Part shown: positions 40,498-49,704 of the stretch, piece by piece
How the letters are laid out: the number at the start of each line of letters is the position of its first letter
Position numbering within the stretch: the first letter of the stretch is position 1
Source of the DNA: an uncultured Bacilli bacterium
GTDB taxonomy: Bacteria; Bacillota_I; Bacilli_A; RF39; UBA660
Reading direction: 5' to 3'
DNA length: 64,000 bases
Assembly (NCBI GenBank): GCA_934089275.1
Contig: CAKOJJ010000001.1
Span: 49,918-113,917 of the forward strand
Translations under genes and position numbers: made by a program
Notes under the pieces: generated by a model
Told to the model about the DNA's origin: nothing
Seen by the model: the letters and a program-made list of their open reading frames with translations, nothing else
Databases searched by the model: none

Positions 40498-41609
40498 TAT
40501 TAATAAAAGTTAAAAACAATATTAAGTTATTTATTAAAAAATGTTTAAAAATGCAACTTAATTTATATAATATTAAATATTATAAAGATTATATCACTTG
40601 TAAAATTGAAACAAATGATTTAAATGAAATAGTTAAAAAATGTTATTTTTCCGAAGTTGAGGTTCTTAAACATTACGGCAAGAACGGACTAAAAAAACAT
40701 TTTGTAAAATATAAGTTTGATTATTTTATTTTGATTTTTATTATTGTTTCTCTATATCTAATAAGTAATGTCATAGTTTCTGTGGATATTAAGCATGAAA
40801 ACAAAAATTTAAGAAATGAAATTCAAAAAATACTTGAGGAGAAAAATATAAAACCATATACCATAGCTTTAAGTGTTGGAAAATTAAATAAAATCAGTGA
40901 TTCAATCGTCAGAGAAAACAATGATACTTTAGAATGGTTAAGTATATATCGAAGCGGAATGAAGTACATTGTTTCTTTTGAAGAAAGAATCATCAAAAAT
41001 GAAGAAAAAGAAGATGGATTTTGTAATATAGTTGCATCTAAATCAGGGGTTATTAAAAAAGTAATAACATTCAATGGAGAAAACATTGTAGAAAGAGATA
41101 AAGTTGTAAATAAAGGGGATATTTTAATAAGTGGAACTATCAAAAAAGATGAAGAAGTTAAGAAAAACGTCTGTGCAAGTGGAGATGTTCTTGCTGAAGT
41201 TTGGTATAAAGTAAATGTAAGTTATCCACTTAAGTATAAAACTGTTACTAAAACTAAGAAAAAACGTATTAATTTTAAATATAATGATAACTATTTTTAT
41301 AAAAAACATTATAAAAGTTATCAAGAAAAAATATTATTAAAACTTGGTTCATTTAAAATTATAAGAGAATATGAAACTAAGGAAGAAACTAAAAAATATA
41401 CACATGATGAAGCGTTAAATAATGCCAAAGAAGCAATAAAATCAGAAATTTTAAAAAAAACTTCCCTCAATAGTCAAATTATTGATCAAAAAGTTTTGAA
41501 AGAAAGTGAATTTGATAGTAAAATAGAATTAGAGGTATTTGTAAGTGTTTTAGAAAATATTTCTAAACGTGAATACTTTGAGGAAAGTGATATAAATGAT
41601 ACCAACTAA
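40494..41609 (+). CDS. YqfD-like (stage IV sporulation protein family) membrane protein
   Basis: Single N-terminal TM after a basic N-terminal domain; GDVLAEVWYKVNVSYPL segment resembles YqfD; lies directly after the YqfC-like gene. Confidence 0.55.
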   Translation: MILIKVKNNIKLFIKKCLKMQLNLYNIKYYKDYITCKIETNDLNEIVKKCYFSEVEVLKHYGKNGLKKHFVKYKFDYFILIFIIVSLYLISNVIVSVDIKHENKNLRNEIQKILEEKNIKPYTIALSVGKLNKISDSIVRENNDTLEWLSIYRSGMKYIVSFEERIIKNEEKEDGFCNIVASKSGVIKKVITFNGENIVERDKVVNKGDILISGTIKKDEEVKKNVCASGDVLAEVWYKVNVSYPLKYKTVTKTKKKRINFKYNDNYFYKKHYKSYQEKILLKLGSFKIIREYETKEETKKYTHDEALNNAKEAIKSEILKKTSLNSQIIDQKVLKESEFDSKIELEVFVSVLENISKREYFEESDINDTN

Positions 41610-42213
41610 ACTTTATAGAATAATTGGCAGTACATTACCTATGATAATTCTTTTTTCTTTGGTTATGATTCTTTATCGAATTGTTTGCATTATAATGACA
41701 AAAGAAAAAATAAACGTCTTAAAAGAGTTAAAAATGCTTATCTATATTATTTATTGCTTTTTACTTTTTAGACTGGTTACTACAACTGATTTTGAAAGTT
41801 ATTCTAATAATTTTATTCCGTTTAAAGAGATTATGCGTTATAAATTAACAAGTGTTCTTTTTTATAGAAATGTTGTTGGTAACATTTTATTATTTTTACC
41901 CTTTGGGTTCTTAATTACTGATATGATTCATGATAAAACAAACAAACTCAATATTTTTATATCAACGTTTATTGTATTTATAACATCTCTTTCAATAGAA
42001 GTGATACAAATGCATATTGGAAGAAGTTTTGATATTGATGATATCATTTTAAATGTAATTGGTGGTATAATTGGATTTGTTATATTTTGGATATACAACG
42101 GAATAAAGAAAAGATGCAATAATGATTCTTTAAATTTATTAGTTGCTTTTCTTTCATTTATTCTTTTCGTATTAGTAATGTTTTTAATAGTTTTAGTGGT
42201 GGTGAATTTTTAA
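41596..42213 (+). CDS. VanZ-like family membrane protein
   Basis: NILLFLPFGFL...SIEVIQMHIGRSFDIDDIILNVIGG matches the VanZ-family pattern. Confidence 0.6.
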   Translation: MIPTKLYRIIGSTLPMIILFSLVMILYRIVCIIMTKEKINVLKELKMLIYIIYCFLLFRLVTTTDFESYSNNFIPFKEIMRYKLTSVLFYRNVVGNILLFLPFGFLITDMIHDKTNKLNIFISTFIVFITSLSIEVIQMHIGRSFDIDDIILNVIGGIIGFVIFWIYNGIKKRCNNDSLNLLVAFLSFILFVLVMFLIVLVVVNF

Positions 42214-42656
42214 TGAATAGTTTTGATATAATTGATGAATTTGGATATAAAGGTGATTATAGTTATTTAAATGAAGTGCTAAATCATACTTTAGAAAAAT
42301 CAAATATTAATAATGCTTGTTTTTCTATTATTTTTATAGATGATGAAAAAATGCATGAGATGAATTTAGAATATCGTGGAATAGATAGAACAACTGATGT
42401 TTTAAGTTTTGCTTTAGAGGATAATGATTTTATAGAATGTGAAATACGTAACTTAGGAGATGTTTTTATTTCTATTCCTAAAATGCAAAGTCAAGCTGTT
42501 GAATATGGTCATTCAGAAAAAAGAGAACTTTCTTTTTTAAGTGTTCATGGACTTTTACATTTGCTTGGTTATGATCACACAAGAAGCAAAGAGGAAGAAA
42601 AAATTCAATTTGGACTTCAAGATGAAATATTAAATGATTTAAATATAGTTAAGTAG
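42213..42656 (+). CDS. ybeY: rRNA maturation RNase YbeY
   Basis: HGLLHLLGYDH zinc-binding motif. Confidence 0.9.
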   Translation: MNSFDIIDEFGYKGDYSYLNEVLNHTLEKSNINNACFSIIFIDDEKMHEMNLEYRGIDRTTDVLSFALEDNDFIECEIRNLGDVFISIPKMQSQAVEYGHSEKRELSFLSVHGLLHLLGYDHTRSKEEEKIQFGLQDEILNDLNIVK

Positions 42657-42666
42657 GTGGTAGTAG

Positions 42667-43548
42667 GTGAAAAGTGGTTTTGTAAGTATTATAGGAAGAC
42701 CAAATACAGGTAAAAGTACTTTAATAAATACAATTATAGATGAACATATAGCAATAGTTTCTAATGTTGCTGGAACAACTAGAAATACAATTCAAGGGGT
42801 ATATCATGATGATGATACTCAAATTGTTTTTGTTGATACTCCAGGTATTCATAAAGCTCAAGATAAGTTAGGAAAACACTTAAATAAGCAATCTTATGAA
42901 TCTATGGATGATATTGACGCTATTTATTTTGTGGTAGATGCATCAAGTGGACTTGGTACGGGAGATAAATTTATAATAGAAGCTTTAAAACACACGAACG
43001 TACCTGTAATATTAGTCCTTAACAAAATCGATAGACTTACTAAAGAAGGTATAATAAATGCCATAAATGATTATAAAGATCTATTTGATTTTGCTGATAT
43101 AATACCGATAAGTGCTAAGAATAATGATAATGTTGATAGACTAATTAAATTAACTAAAAAATATTTAAAAGATGATATCAAATACTATGAGGATGATGTT
43201 ATTACTAATAATGATAAATATTTTATGATATCTGAGCTTGTTCGTGAAAAAATTCTTAATTTAACTAATGAAGAAGTTCCTCATTCAGTTACATGTGTTT
43301 TAACTAATTACAATGAAAAAGCCGATTCAGTTTATATCAACGTGGATATCATTGTTTCTAGAGATTCTTTAAAGAAAATAATTATTGGTAAACAAGGAAG
43401 CATGCTTAAAACAATCGGAAGTGAAGCTCGTGCTGATATTGAAAAAATGTTAGGTAAAAGTGTTTATCTAGAATTATTTGTAAAAACAGTTAAAAACTGG
43501 AGAAATAAAGAAAAATATTTAGTAGAATTAGGTTTTGATGAACTCTAG
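42667..43548 (+). CDS. era: GTPase Era
   Basis: GRPNTGKSTL, DTPG and NKID GTPase motifs plus a C-terminal KH domain. GTG start. Confidence 0.9.
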   Translation: MKSGFVSIIGRPNTGKSTLINTIIDEHIAIVSNVAGTTRNTIQGVYHDDDTQIVFVDTPGIHKAQDKLGKHLNKQSYESMDDIDAIYFVVDASSGLGTGDKFIIEALKHTNVPVILVLNKIDRLTKEGIINAINDYKDLFDFADIIPISAKNNDNVDRLIKLTKKYLKDDIKYYEDDVITNNDKYFMISELVREKILNLTNEEVPHSVTCVLTNYNEKADSVYINVDIIVSRDSLKKIIIGKQGSMLKTIGSEARADIEKMLGKSVYLELFVKTVKNWRNKEKYLVELGFDEL

Positions 43549-43599
43549 TGAATAAAAAGCCAAAATTTACCTCAATATATAAGTAGAGAGGTGAATATA

Positions 43600-43680
43600 A
43601 TGGCTTACGATAAAAATTGGGAAAAATTTAAAAAAACTGGTAAGATTGAAGATTATTTAAAATTTAAGAAAGTGATGTAG
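43600..43680 (+). CDS. YqzL-like small protein (26 aa, MAYDKNWEKFKKTGKIEDYLKFKKVM)
   Basis: Not in the ORF track. RBS GAGAGGTG sits upstream. The W..F..TG.I..YL.FK motif and its position between era and recO match B. subtilis yqzL. Confidence 0.6.
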   Translation: MAYDKNWEKFKKTGKIEDYLKFKKVM

Positions 43681-43681
43681 T

Positions 43682-44410
43682 ATGTTAAAAAAAATAAGAG
43701 GAATAGTTGTAAGTGAAGTTCCTTATAAAGATTCCTCTAAAGTACTAAATATTTTATGTGAAGAAGGAGTTATAGGAGTTGTTTCCAAAGGATGTAAACG
43801 TATCAACAGCCCTTTAAGAATTATTTCTAATAAACTAACTTTAGGTGAATATGTTATCTATTATAACGAATCCAAACTATCCACTTTAAAAGAAGGAAGT
43901 GTTATTGATAATTTTAATAATATCAAAAATGATTTAAATAAAATTTCTCATGCAACATATATTACTGATTTAGTAAATCAAGTGATGAAACAAAATGCTG
44001 ATCCTACTGTTTTTTCTTTATATGTAAGTGCTTTGAAAAAGATTGATGAAGGAATAAACGAAACCGTTGTCATGAATATTTTAGAGATAAAACTTCTTGA
44101 CTACCTGGGAGTTGGTATAAATCTAAATGGATGTGCTAAATGTGGAAGTACAAGAGAAATTGTAACAATTGATCCGGATGTTGGTGGCTATATTTGTAAA
44201 AATTGTTATACCAATGAAATCATTTATGACGAGCGTGTTAGAAAGATGCTTAGAATGTATTATTTAGTAGAAATAGATTCTATAAAGGAACTAAAGATTA
44301 AAGATTATGTAATAGACTCTATAAACAAGTTTTTATCTGTTTACTATGACAGGTATACCGGTCTTTACATTAAAAGCAAAGAATTTTTAGATAGAAATAT
44401 TAAAATATAA
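43682..44410 (+). CDS. recO: DNA repair protein RecO
   Basis: C-terminal CAKCG...CKNC zinc motif and era-recO synteny. Confidence 0.8.
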   Translation: MLKKIRGIVVSEVPYKDSSKVLNILCEEGVIGVVSKGCKRINSPLRIISNKLTLGEYVIYYNESKLSTLKEGSVIDNFNNIKNDLNKISHATYITDLVNQVMKQNADPTVFSLYVSALKKIDEGINETVVMNILEIKLLDYLGVGINLNGCAKCGSTREIVTIDPDVGGYICKNCYTNEIIYDERVRKMLRMYYLVEIDSIKELKIKDYVIDSINKFLSVYYDRYTGLYIKSKEFLDRNIKI

Positions 44411-44430
44411 GACTTATAAGTCTTTTTTTT
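44410..44430 (+). terminator. rho-independent terminator
   Basis: agactta/taagtct palindrome followed by a T8 run. Confidence 0.6.
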
Positions 44431-44468
44431 AATTTATAAATATAGTAAAATTATTGTAGGTGATTGTT

Positions 44469-45122
44469 ATGCATAAAGTTATCGCGATAGACGGTTACTC
44501 AGCAAGTGGAAAAGGAACTGTAGCTGATTTGCTTGTCGAAAAACTTGGATATTTAAGAGTTGATTCTGGAAAGTTTTATAGAAGTATCGCGTATATCGGT
44601 TTAAAAGAAAACATTGATTTTACTTCTGATGAAGCAATTATTAAACTAGCCGATAGCATTAATTTTGAGTATAAAGGCAATAGAATGTACGCTAACGGCG
44701 AAGATGTAACTGATAAACTTAAAACTAAAGAAATAGATACTTTAGTTATACGTGTATGCGAGGTTTATGAAGTACGACATATCGTCAATAAAAAAATTCG
44801 TGGTATTCGTGAATTTTATGATATAATAATCGACGGAAGAGACACAACTTCAGCGGTTTTTCCTGATGCAGATGTAAAAGTATATCTAACCGCTTCTTTT
44901 GAAACAAGAGTAAAAAGAAGATATGATGAATACATTAAAGCTGGTAAAAACATTACCATTGAGGAAGTCAGAGAAAACATTAAATTTAGAGATCATTCTG
45001 ATGATACTAGAGAAGAAGGAAGACTTATAATTGTTCCTGATGCTCTTGTAATTGATTCTACAAATTTAACAGCTTCAGAAGTTGTTGATATGATTATAAA
45101 TAGAAAAGAGTGCGAGAAGTAA
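44469..45122 (+). CDS. cmk: cytidylate kinase
   Basis: IAIDGYSASGKGT P-loop and Cmk-like length. Confidence 0.75.
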   Translation: MHKVIAIDGYSASGKGTVADLLVEKLGYLRVDSGKFYRSIAYIGLKENIDFTSDEAIIKLADSINFEYKGNRMYANGEDVTDKLKTKEIDTLVIRVCEVYEVRHIVNKKIRGIREFYDIIIDGRDTTSAVFPDADVKVYLTASFETRVKRRYDEYIKAGKNITIEEVRENIKFRDHSDDTREEGRLIIVPDALVIDSTNLTASEVVDMIINRKECEK

Positions 45123-46879
45123 TGAATTTAAAAGATTTATATATTAATTTTTTTGTAAGCAAAGGACACAAACAAATTCCAAGTGCTCCAGTTGTACCTG
45201 AAAACGATCCATCTGTTTTATTTAATACAGCTGGAATGCAACCACTTATTCCATACTTATTAGGAGAACCTCATCCTTATGGAACACGTCTATGTGATTA
45301 TCAAAAATGTATAAGAACAAACGACCTTGAAAACATTGGTGATACTTATCATCATACATTTTTTGAAATGTTAGGAAACTGGAGTTTAGGAGATTATTTC
45401 AAAGATGAATCTATTTCTTGGAGTTTTGAATTCTTAACAAAAGTTTTAAATATTCCAGTAGAAAGACTAGCAGTAACCGTATTTGCTGGTTCTGAAACAA
45501 TTCCTTTTGATGAAGTAAGCTATAATAAATGGTGCAGTCTTGGAATAAAACCAGAAAGAATTGCTAAAACCGTAGACGATAATTTCTGGATCGCTGGAGA
45601 AACAGGACCATGTGGTGGAGATACTGAAATTTTCTACTTCAGAAGTGAAGATGAAATTCCTGAAGTTTTTGACCCAGAGGACGAACGTTGGGTAGAAATT
45701 TGGAACAACGTTTTCATGCAATATGAAAAACATGAAGACGGTTCAATTACTGAACTTCCTAAAAAGAACGTAGATACTGGAATGGGAGTAGAAAGAGTTA
45801 CATCCATTCTTGAAGGAAAACTTGATAACTATGAATCTTCTATTTGGAGTGATATTATCGAGCTTATTGAAAACATTTCTAATCTTTCTTATAAAGGAAA
45901 TGAAAAATCAATGCGTATAATTGCTGATCACATTCGTTCTTCAGTATTTATTGCTGCTGATCCTGCAGGAATTAAACCAAGTAACACAGATCAAGGTTAC
46001 ATTTTAAGAAGATTAATAAGAAGAGCAATTAGACATGCAAGAAATCTAAATATTGATATCAATTCTAATTGGGAAGAACAAATTGCTTTAAAGATTATTG
46101 ATAAATATGCTAAATATTATGAGGAATTAGCAACAAACAAAGATATTGTATTAGATGTTTTAAAAAACGAAAAACAAAAATTTGCCAAAACATTAGAAAA
46201 AGGTTTAAGAGAATTCGATAAAAAAGTAAGCAATGGATCTAAATCTATCGACGGAGAAACTGCATTCCATTTATTTGATACTTATGGATTTCCACTTGAA
46301 TTAACAATTGAACTTGCAAGTGAACGTGGAATTGAAGTAGATGTTGTTGGATACAATGAATGCTTTAAAGCACACCAAGAGTTATCAAGAGCAGGTTCCA
46401 CAGCTAAATTTAAAGGTGGCCTTGCTGGAAATTCTGAAATTGAAACACGTTATCATACTGCAACACACTTACTTAACGCTGCTTTAAAATTAGTTTTAGG
46501 AAGTGACACTCATCAAAGAGGTTCCAACATAACTGTTGAGAGAATGCGTTTTGACTTTAACTGCGATCACAAGTTAACAGATGAAGAAAAAAAACGTGCT
46601 GAAGATATCGTAAACGAATGGATTAAAGAAGATTTACCAGTAACTGTAGAAAGCATGAGTAAAGATGATGCCATCGCTTCAGGTGCTGAATGTATGTTTA
46701 TCGAAAAATATCCAGATATCGTAACTGTTTATTCAATAGGTGATGTATCAAAAGAATTATGTGGAGGTCCACATGTAAAACATACTGGAGAACTTGGACA
46801 TTTTGTAATCAAAAAAGAAGAAGCATCAAGTCAAGGTATTAGAAGAATTAAAGCCGTTCTTGAAAGTGAGGAAAACTAA
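45122..46879 (+). CDS. alaS: alanine--tRNA ligase, compact form (catalytic + tRNA-recognition + editing domains; no C-Ala domain)
   Basis: FNTAGMQP and HHTFFEMLGNWSLGDYFK class II AlaRS motifs, FHLFDTYGFP, and the editing domain HTATHLL...CGGPHV. Total 585-589 aa. Start overlaps the cmk stop (TAATG). Confidence 0.75.
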   Translation: MNLKDLYINFFVSKGHKQIPSAPVVPENDPSVLFNTAGMQPLIPYLLGEPHPYGTRLCDYQKCIRTNDLENIGDTYHHTFFEMLGNWSLGDYFKDESISWSFEFLTKVLNIPVERLAVTVFAGSETIPFDEVSYNKWCSLGIKPERIAKTVDDNFWIAGETGPCGGDTEIFYFRSEDEIPEVFDPEDERWVEIWNNVFMQYEKHEDGSITELPKKNVDTGMGVERVTSILEGKLDNYESSIWSDIIELIENISNLSYKGNEKSMRIIADHIRSSVFIAADPAGIKPSNTDQGYILRRLIRRAIRHARNLNIDINSNWEEQIALKIIDKYAKYYEELATNKDIVLDVLKNEKQKFAKTLEKGLREFDKKVSNGSKSIDGETAFHLFDTYGFPLELTIELASERGIEVDVVGYNECFKAHQELSRAGSTAKFKGGLAGNSEIETRYHTATHLLNAALKLVLGSDTHQRGSNITVERMRFDFNCDHKLTDEEKKRAEDIVNEWIKEDLPVTVESMSKDDAIASGAECMFIEKYPDIVTVYSIGDVSKELCGGPHVKHTGELGHFVIKKEEASSQGIRRIKAVLESEEN

Positions 46880-47340
46880 TGAAAGAAGAAACTCGTGAAG
46901 CTGCAAAAAAGAATATAAAAAAATTAACTGAAAAAGAAAGCAAATTTGTAAATGAATTCAAAGCTTTCATATTAAAAGGAAGTGTTCTTGATTTAGCAGT
47001 TGGTGTATTAATTGGTTCCGCTTTTCAAGGTCTTGTAACAAGTTTAACTGATAATATCATATCTCCAATATTAGGATGCTTTTCCGAAGTTAATTTCAAC
47101 CAATTCACTTTAGATATATGGAATCTTCATTTAAGATATGGAGCTTTCCTAACAGATGTTATCAATTTTATCATTATGGCATTTGTAATCTTCTTAATAG
47201 TCAAATTCTTCAATAAGTTAAGAGATTTTGGTAAAAAAGAAGAAGTAAAAGAAGTTAAAAAAACTGAAAGTGATGAAGTAAAATTACTAAAAGAAATAAG
47301 AGATTTATTAAAAGAAGATAAGAAAGGTAGCAAAAAATAA
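46879..47340 (+). CDS. mscL: large-conductance mechanosensitive channel
   Basis: FKAFILKGSVLDLAVGVLIGSAF pattern. Confidence 0.85.
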   Translation: MKEETREAAKKNIKKLTEKESKFVNEFKAFILKGSVLDLAVGVLIGSAFQGLVTSLTDNIISPILGCFSEVNFNQFTLDIWNLHLRYGAFLTDVINFIIMAFVIFLIVKFFNKLRDFGKKEEVKEVKKTESDEVKLLKEIRDLLKEDKKGSKK

Positions 47341-47423
47341 GCTATCTTTTCTTTTTATACTGGACATATAAGCATTATTTTCATATAATAACTTCACATT
47401 AAATTAATCAAAGGAGGAAAAAT

Positions 47424-48443
47424 ATGAAAAAAATTGATGAATGTAGCTATGAAGAACTATTAAAGCATAAAAAAACTAATCAAATTGCAGCAACAACTCT
47501 TACGAGCATTCTATCATTTTTAGTAATCGCATTAAAAAATCCTTTTATTATGCCATCCATTTGGTTTGTTTTAAATTCCTATGATTCTACAAAAAAGAGA
47601 ATTGAAAAAACTATGGCGGAAACTGATGAAGATGTAAAATTGTTATATGACATTTATAAAGAAATTCTAGAAAACACATCCAAAACAATAAGTTCGTTAG
47701 ATGCATCAAATCCACTAGATATATATTCATATTTCTGCTCAATGTTTAATTATGGATGCTTTTCTTATGACTTAAACACTAATCATCCATTGGATATGTC
47801 AGTTCTAAAATCAAGTACCTTTGGTGAAACTCTTATGCTTAATGGTCATGGTGTTTGTCGACATTTAGCTGTATTTTTGCAAAGGTTATACACAAAATTG
47901 GGATACGAAAGTGACACAGCAGTTGGTCACTCAAATAAAATAGACTTAAATGAATTATCTGATTATGTTGAATTTTGTAAAAAGCAAACATCTTTAACTA
48001 GCGAAGAAATCAAGAAAATTCTCATCACCGAACATCTTAATCCAGGAAGATTTGCCAGTAAGAATTATAAAAGACAGCAAAAATTTTCTAATCATGTAAT
48101 CACTAGAGTTAACTGTGATGGAACAACTTTGATTACAGATCCAATGAACAGTTGTATTATGTGCTCAGTAATAGAAGATATTTTTTATTGCCCTGCATCA
48201 GAAGAAGGTTTAGTTTTCGTGCTAGATCGTGACTTTTCAAGTAAATATAATGAGTTTTGGGGTATACAAACGATTAGAGAATATGAATGTCCTGATCCAG
48301 TTCAAATGCTTTTCTCTTATTTTGCCTCAAGTATTAAAGCAAAACAAGCTAATGACGTTTTTGAAAAATTCCACAAAGATAACCTTCCAGCATTAGAAGA
48401 AGCTGAAAATTTAACTCAAAAAGTATTACAAAAGAAATATTAA
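47424..48443 (+). CDS. transglutaminase-like cysteine peptidase superfamily protein, membrane-anchored
   Basis: N-terminal TM and a NGHGVCRHLAVFL segment typical of the transglutaminase-like catalytic Cys. Confidence 0.45.
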   Translation: MKKIDECSYEELLKHKKTNQIAATTLTSILSFLVIALKNPFIMPSIWFVLNSYDSTKKRIEKTMAETDEDVKLLYDIYKEILENTSKTISSLDASNPLDIYSYFCSMFNYGCFSYDLNTNHPLDMSVLKSSTFGETLMLNGHGVCRHLAVFLQRLYTKLGYESDTAVGHSNKIDLNELSDYVEFCKKQTSLTSEEIKKILITEHLNPGRFASKNYKRQQKFSNHVITRVNCDGTTLITDPMNSCIMCSVIEDIFYCPASEEGLVFVLDRDFSSKYNEFWGIQTIREYECPDPVQMLFSYFASSIKAKQANDVFEKFHKDNLPALEEAENLTQKVLQKKY

Positions 48444-48514
48444 AATTTTTAGAATATTTCTTTTATTATGCAAAATATTTTTGTATAATTGTTTTAATAG
48501 GTGAGTTGTATTAT

Positions 48515-49648
48515 ATGAAAAAAAGAATAATTATAGTTCTAATTGCTATATGTTTAATTTTAAATGCCGTTTTACTTCTGTCGATCAGCAAGAAAAAAGA
48601 TGTTACTGTTGATGTAACACTAACAAGTAAAAAAGTAAAGAAAATACAAGGAACATTTTCATCATCTCTTGATAAGCTAGAAGTATATTATTTAGCGTTA
48701 AATGGAAAAAAGACAATTGATTTTATTTTTGATTATCCTGATAGTTTTAATAAATCTGTTAATTTAACGAGTGATGACGAAAATATTGTCAAAGTAGAAG
48801 ATGGAACTTTATATGGAGTTGGTGTTGGAAAAACCGGCGTTACTGCAACACTTGCTGATGGGAATTCCAAAAAATATGAAATACTAGTAACTGATTTAAT
48901 AGTTCCACCAACTTTAAATAAAAACAAACCTTACTTACCATGTGAAAGATATACAGAAGAAGAAGCAGAATTATTAGATAAAATATTAGAATCACGTGTA
49001 AAAGAAATGGGAGAAGGATCCCGTGGAGGAGTTTTAGCAGCTGCTAGGTTTTTAACTTTAGAGTTTCCTTATACAATAGGTTATTTCAATGAAAATGGTC
49101 GCCTTAATGGTCATGGATATCGTCCGTATATTGATGGAGAAGGAAGATATTACCACAAGGGATTATATTTAAGTAAAAGTAAGTACAAAGATATTGTAAA
49201 AAGTACTAAAACAGGTCCGAAAATGTGGGGTTGTAAACTATATGATAAATTTGTAAGTAGATATAAATCAAACGGTTTTACTTGTTCAGGATTTGTTACT
49301 TGGGCAATGTATAACGGAGGATTTGAAACTGGTGATGTTGGTGCTGGTGATTATAAACAATTTAACGATGATCTTTCTGATTTAGGACCACATCAACAAA
49401 TTACTGAAGAATATATGAAAAACGGCAACTACAAAGTTGGTGATTTCATTGCAAGAAACGGACACGCCGCTTTAATTATTGGAATTTCTGATACTACCAT
49501 TTATACAGCTGAATCTTTACCTCCAAAATTAAAAGTTTACACTTATGAAAGATATAAAGGAATAGTAAAAGACACAAATTTAACATATGTTATTGAAATG
49601 AGTAGTATTTATCCAAACGGAGATGGAATAACTACCGATATGTGGTAA
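48515..49648 (+). CDS. secreted protein with Big_2 Ig-like domain and NlpC/P60-CHAP-like cysteine peptidase domain
   Basis: Signal/TM. SDDENIVKVEDGTLYGVGVGKTGVTATLADG matches Big_2. C-terminal FTCSGFV...GHAALI Cys/His pair. Confidence 0.5.
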   Translation: MKKRIIIVLIAICLILNAVLLLSISKKKDVTVDVTLTSKKVKKIQGTFSSSLDKLEVYYLALNGKKTIDFIFDYPDSFNKSVNLTSDDENIVKVEDGTLYGVGVGKTGVTATLADGNSKKYEILVTDLIVPPTLNKNKPYLPCERYTEEEAELLDKILESRVKEMGEGSRGGVLAAARFLTLEFPYTIGYFNENGRLNGHGYRPYIDGEGRYYHKGLYLSKSKYKDIVKSTKTGPKMWGCKLYDKFVSRYKSNGFTCSGFVTWAMYNGGFETGDVGAGDYKQFNDDLSDLGPHQQITEEYMKNGNYKVGDFIARNGHAALIIGISDTTIYTAESLPPKLKVYTYERYKGIVKDTNLTYVIEMSSIYPNGDGITTDMW

Positions 49649-49704
49649 AAAGCACTTTTAATAAAGTGTTTTTTTGTGCTATACTTTTTATAGTAGGTGA
49701 TACG

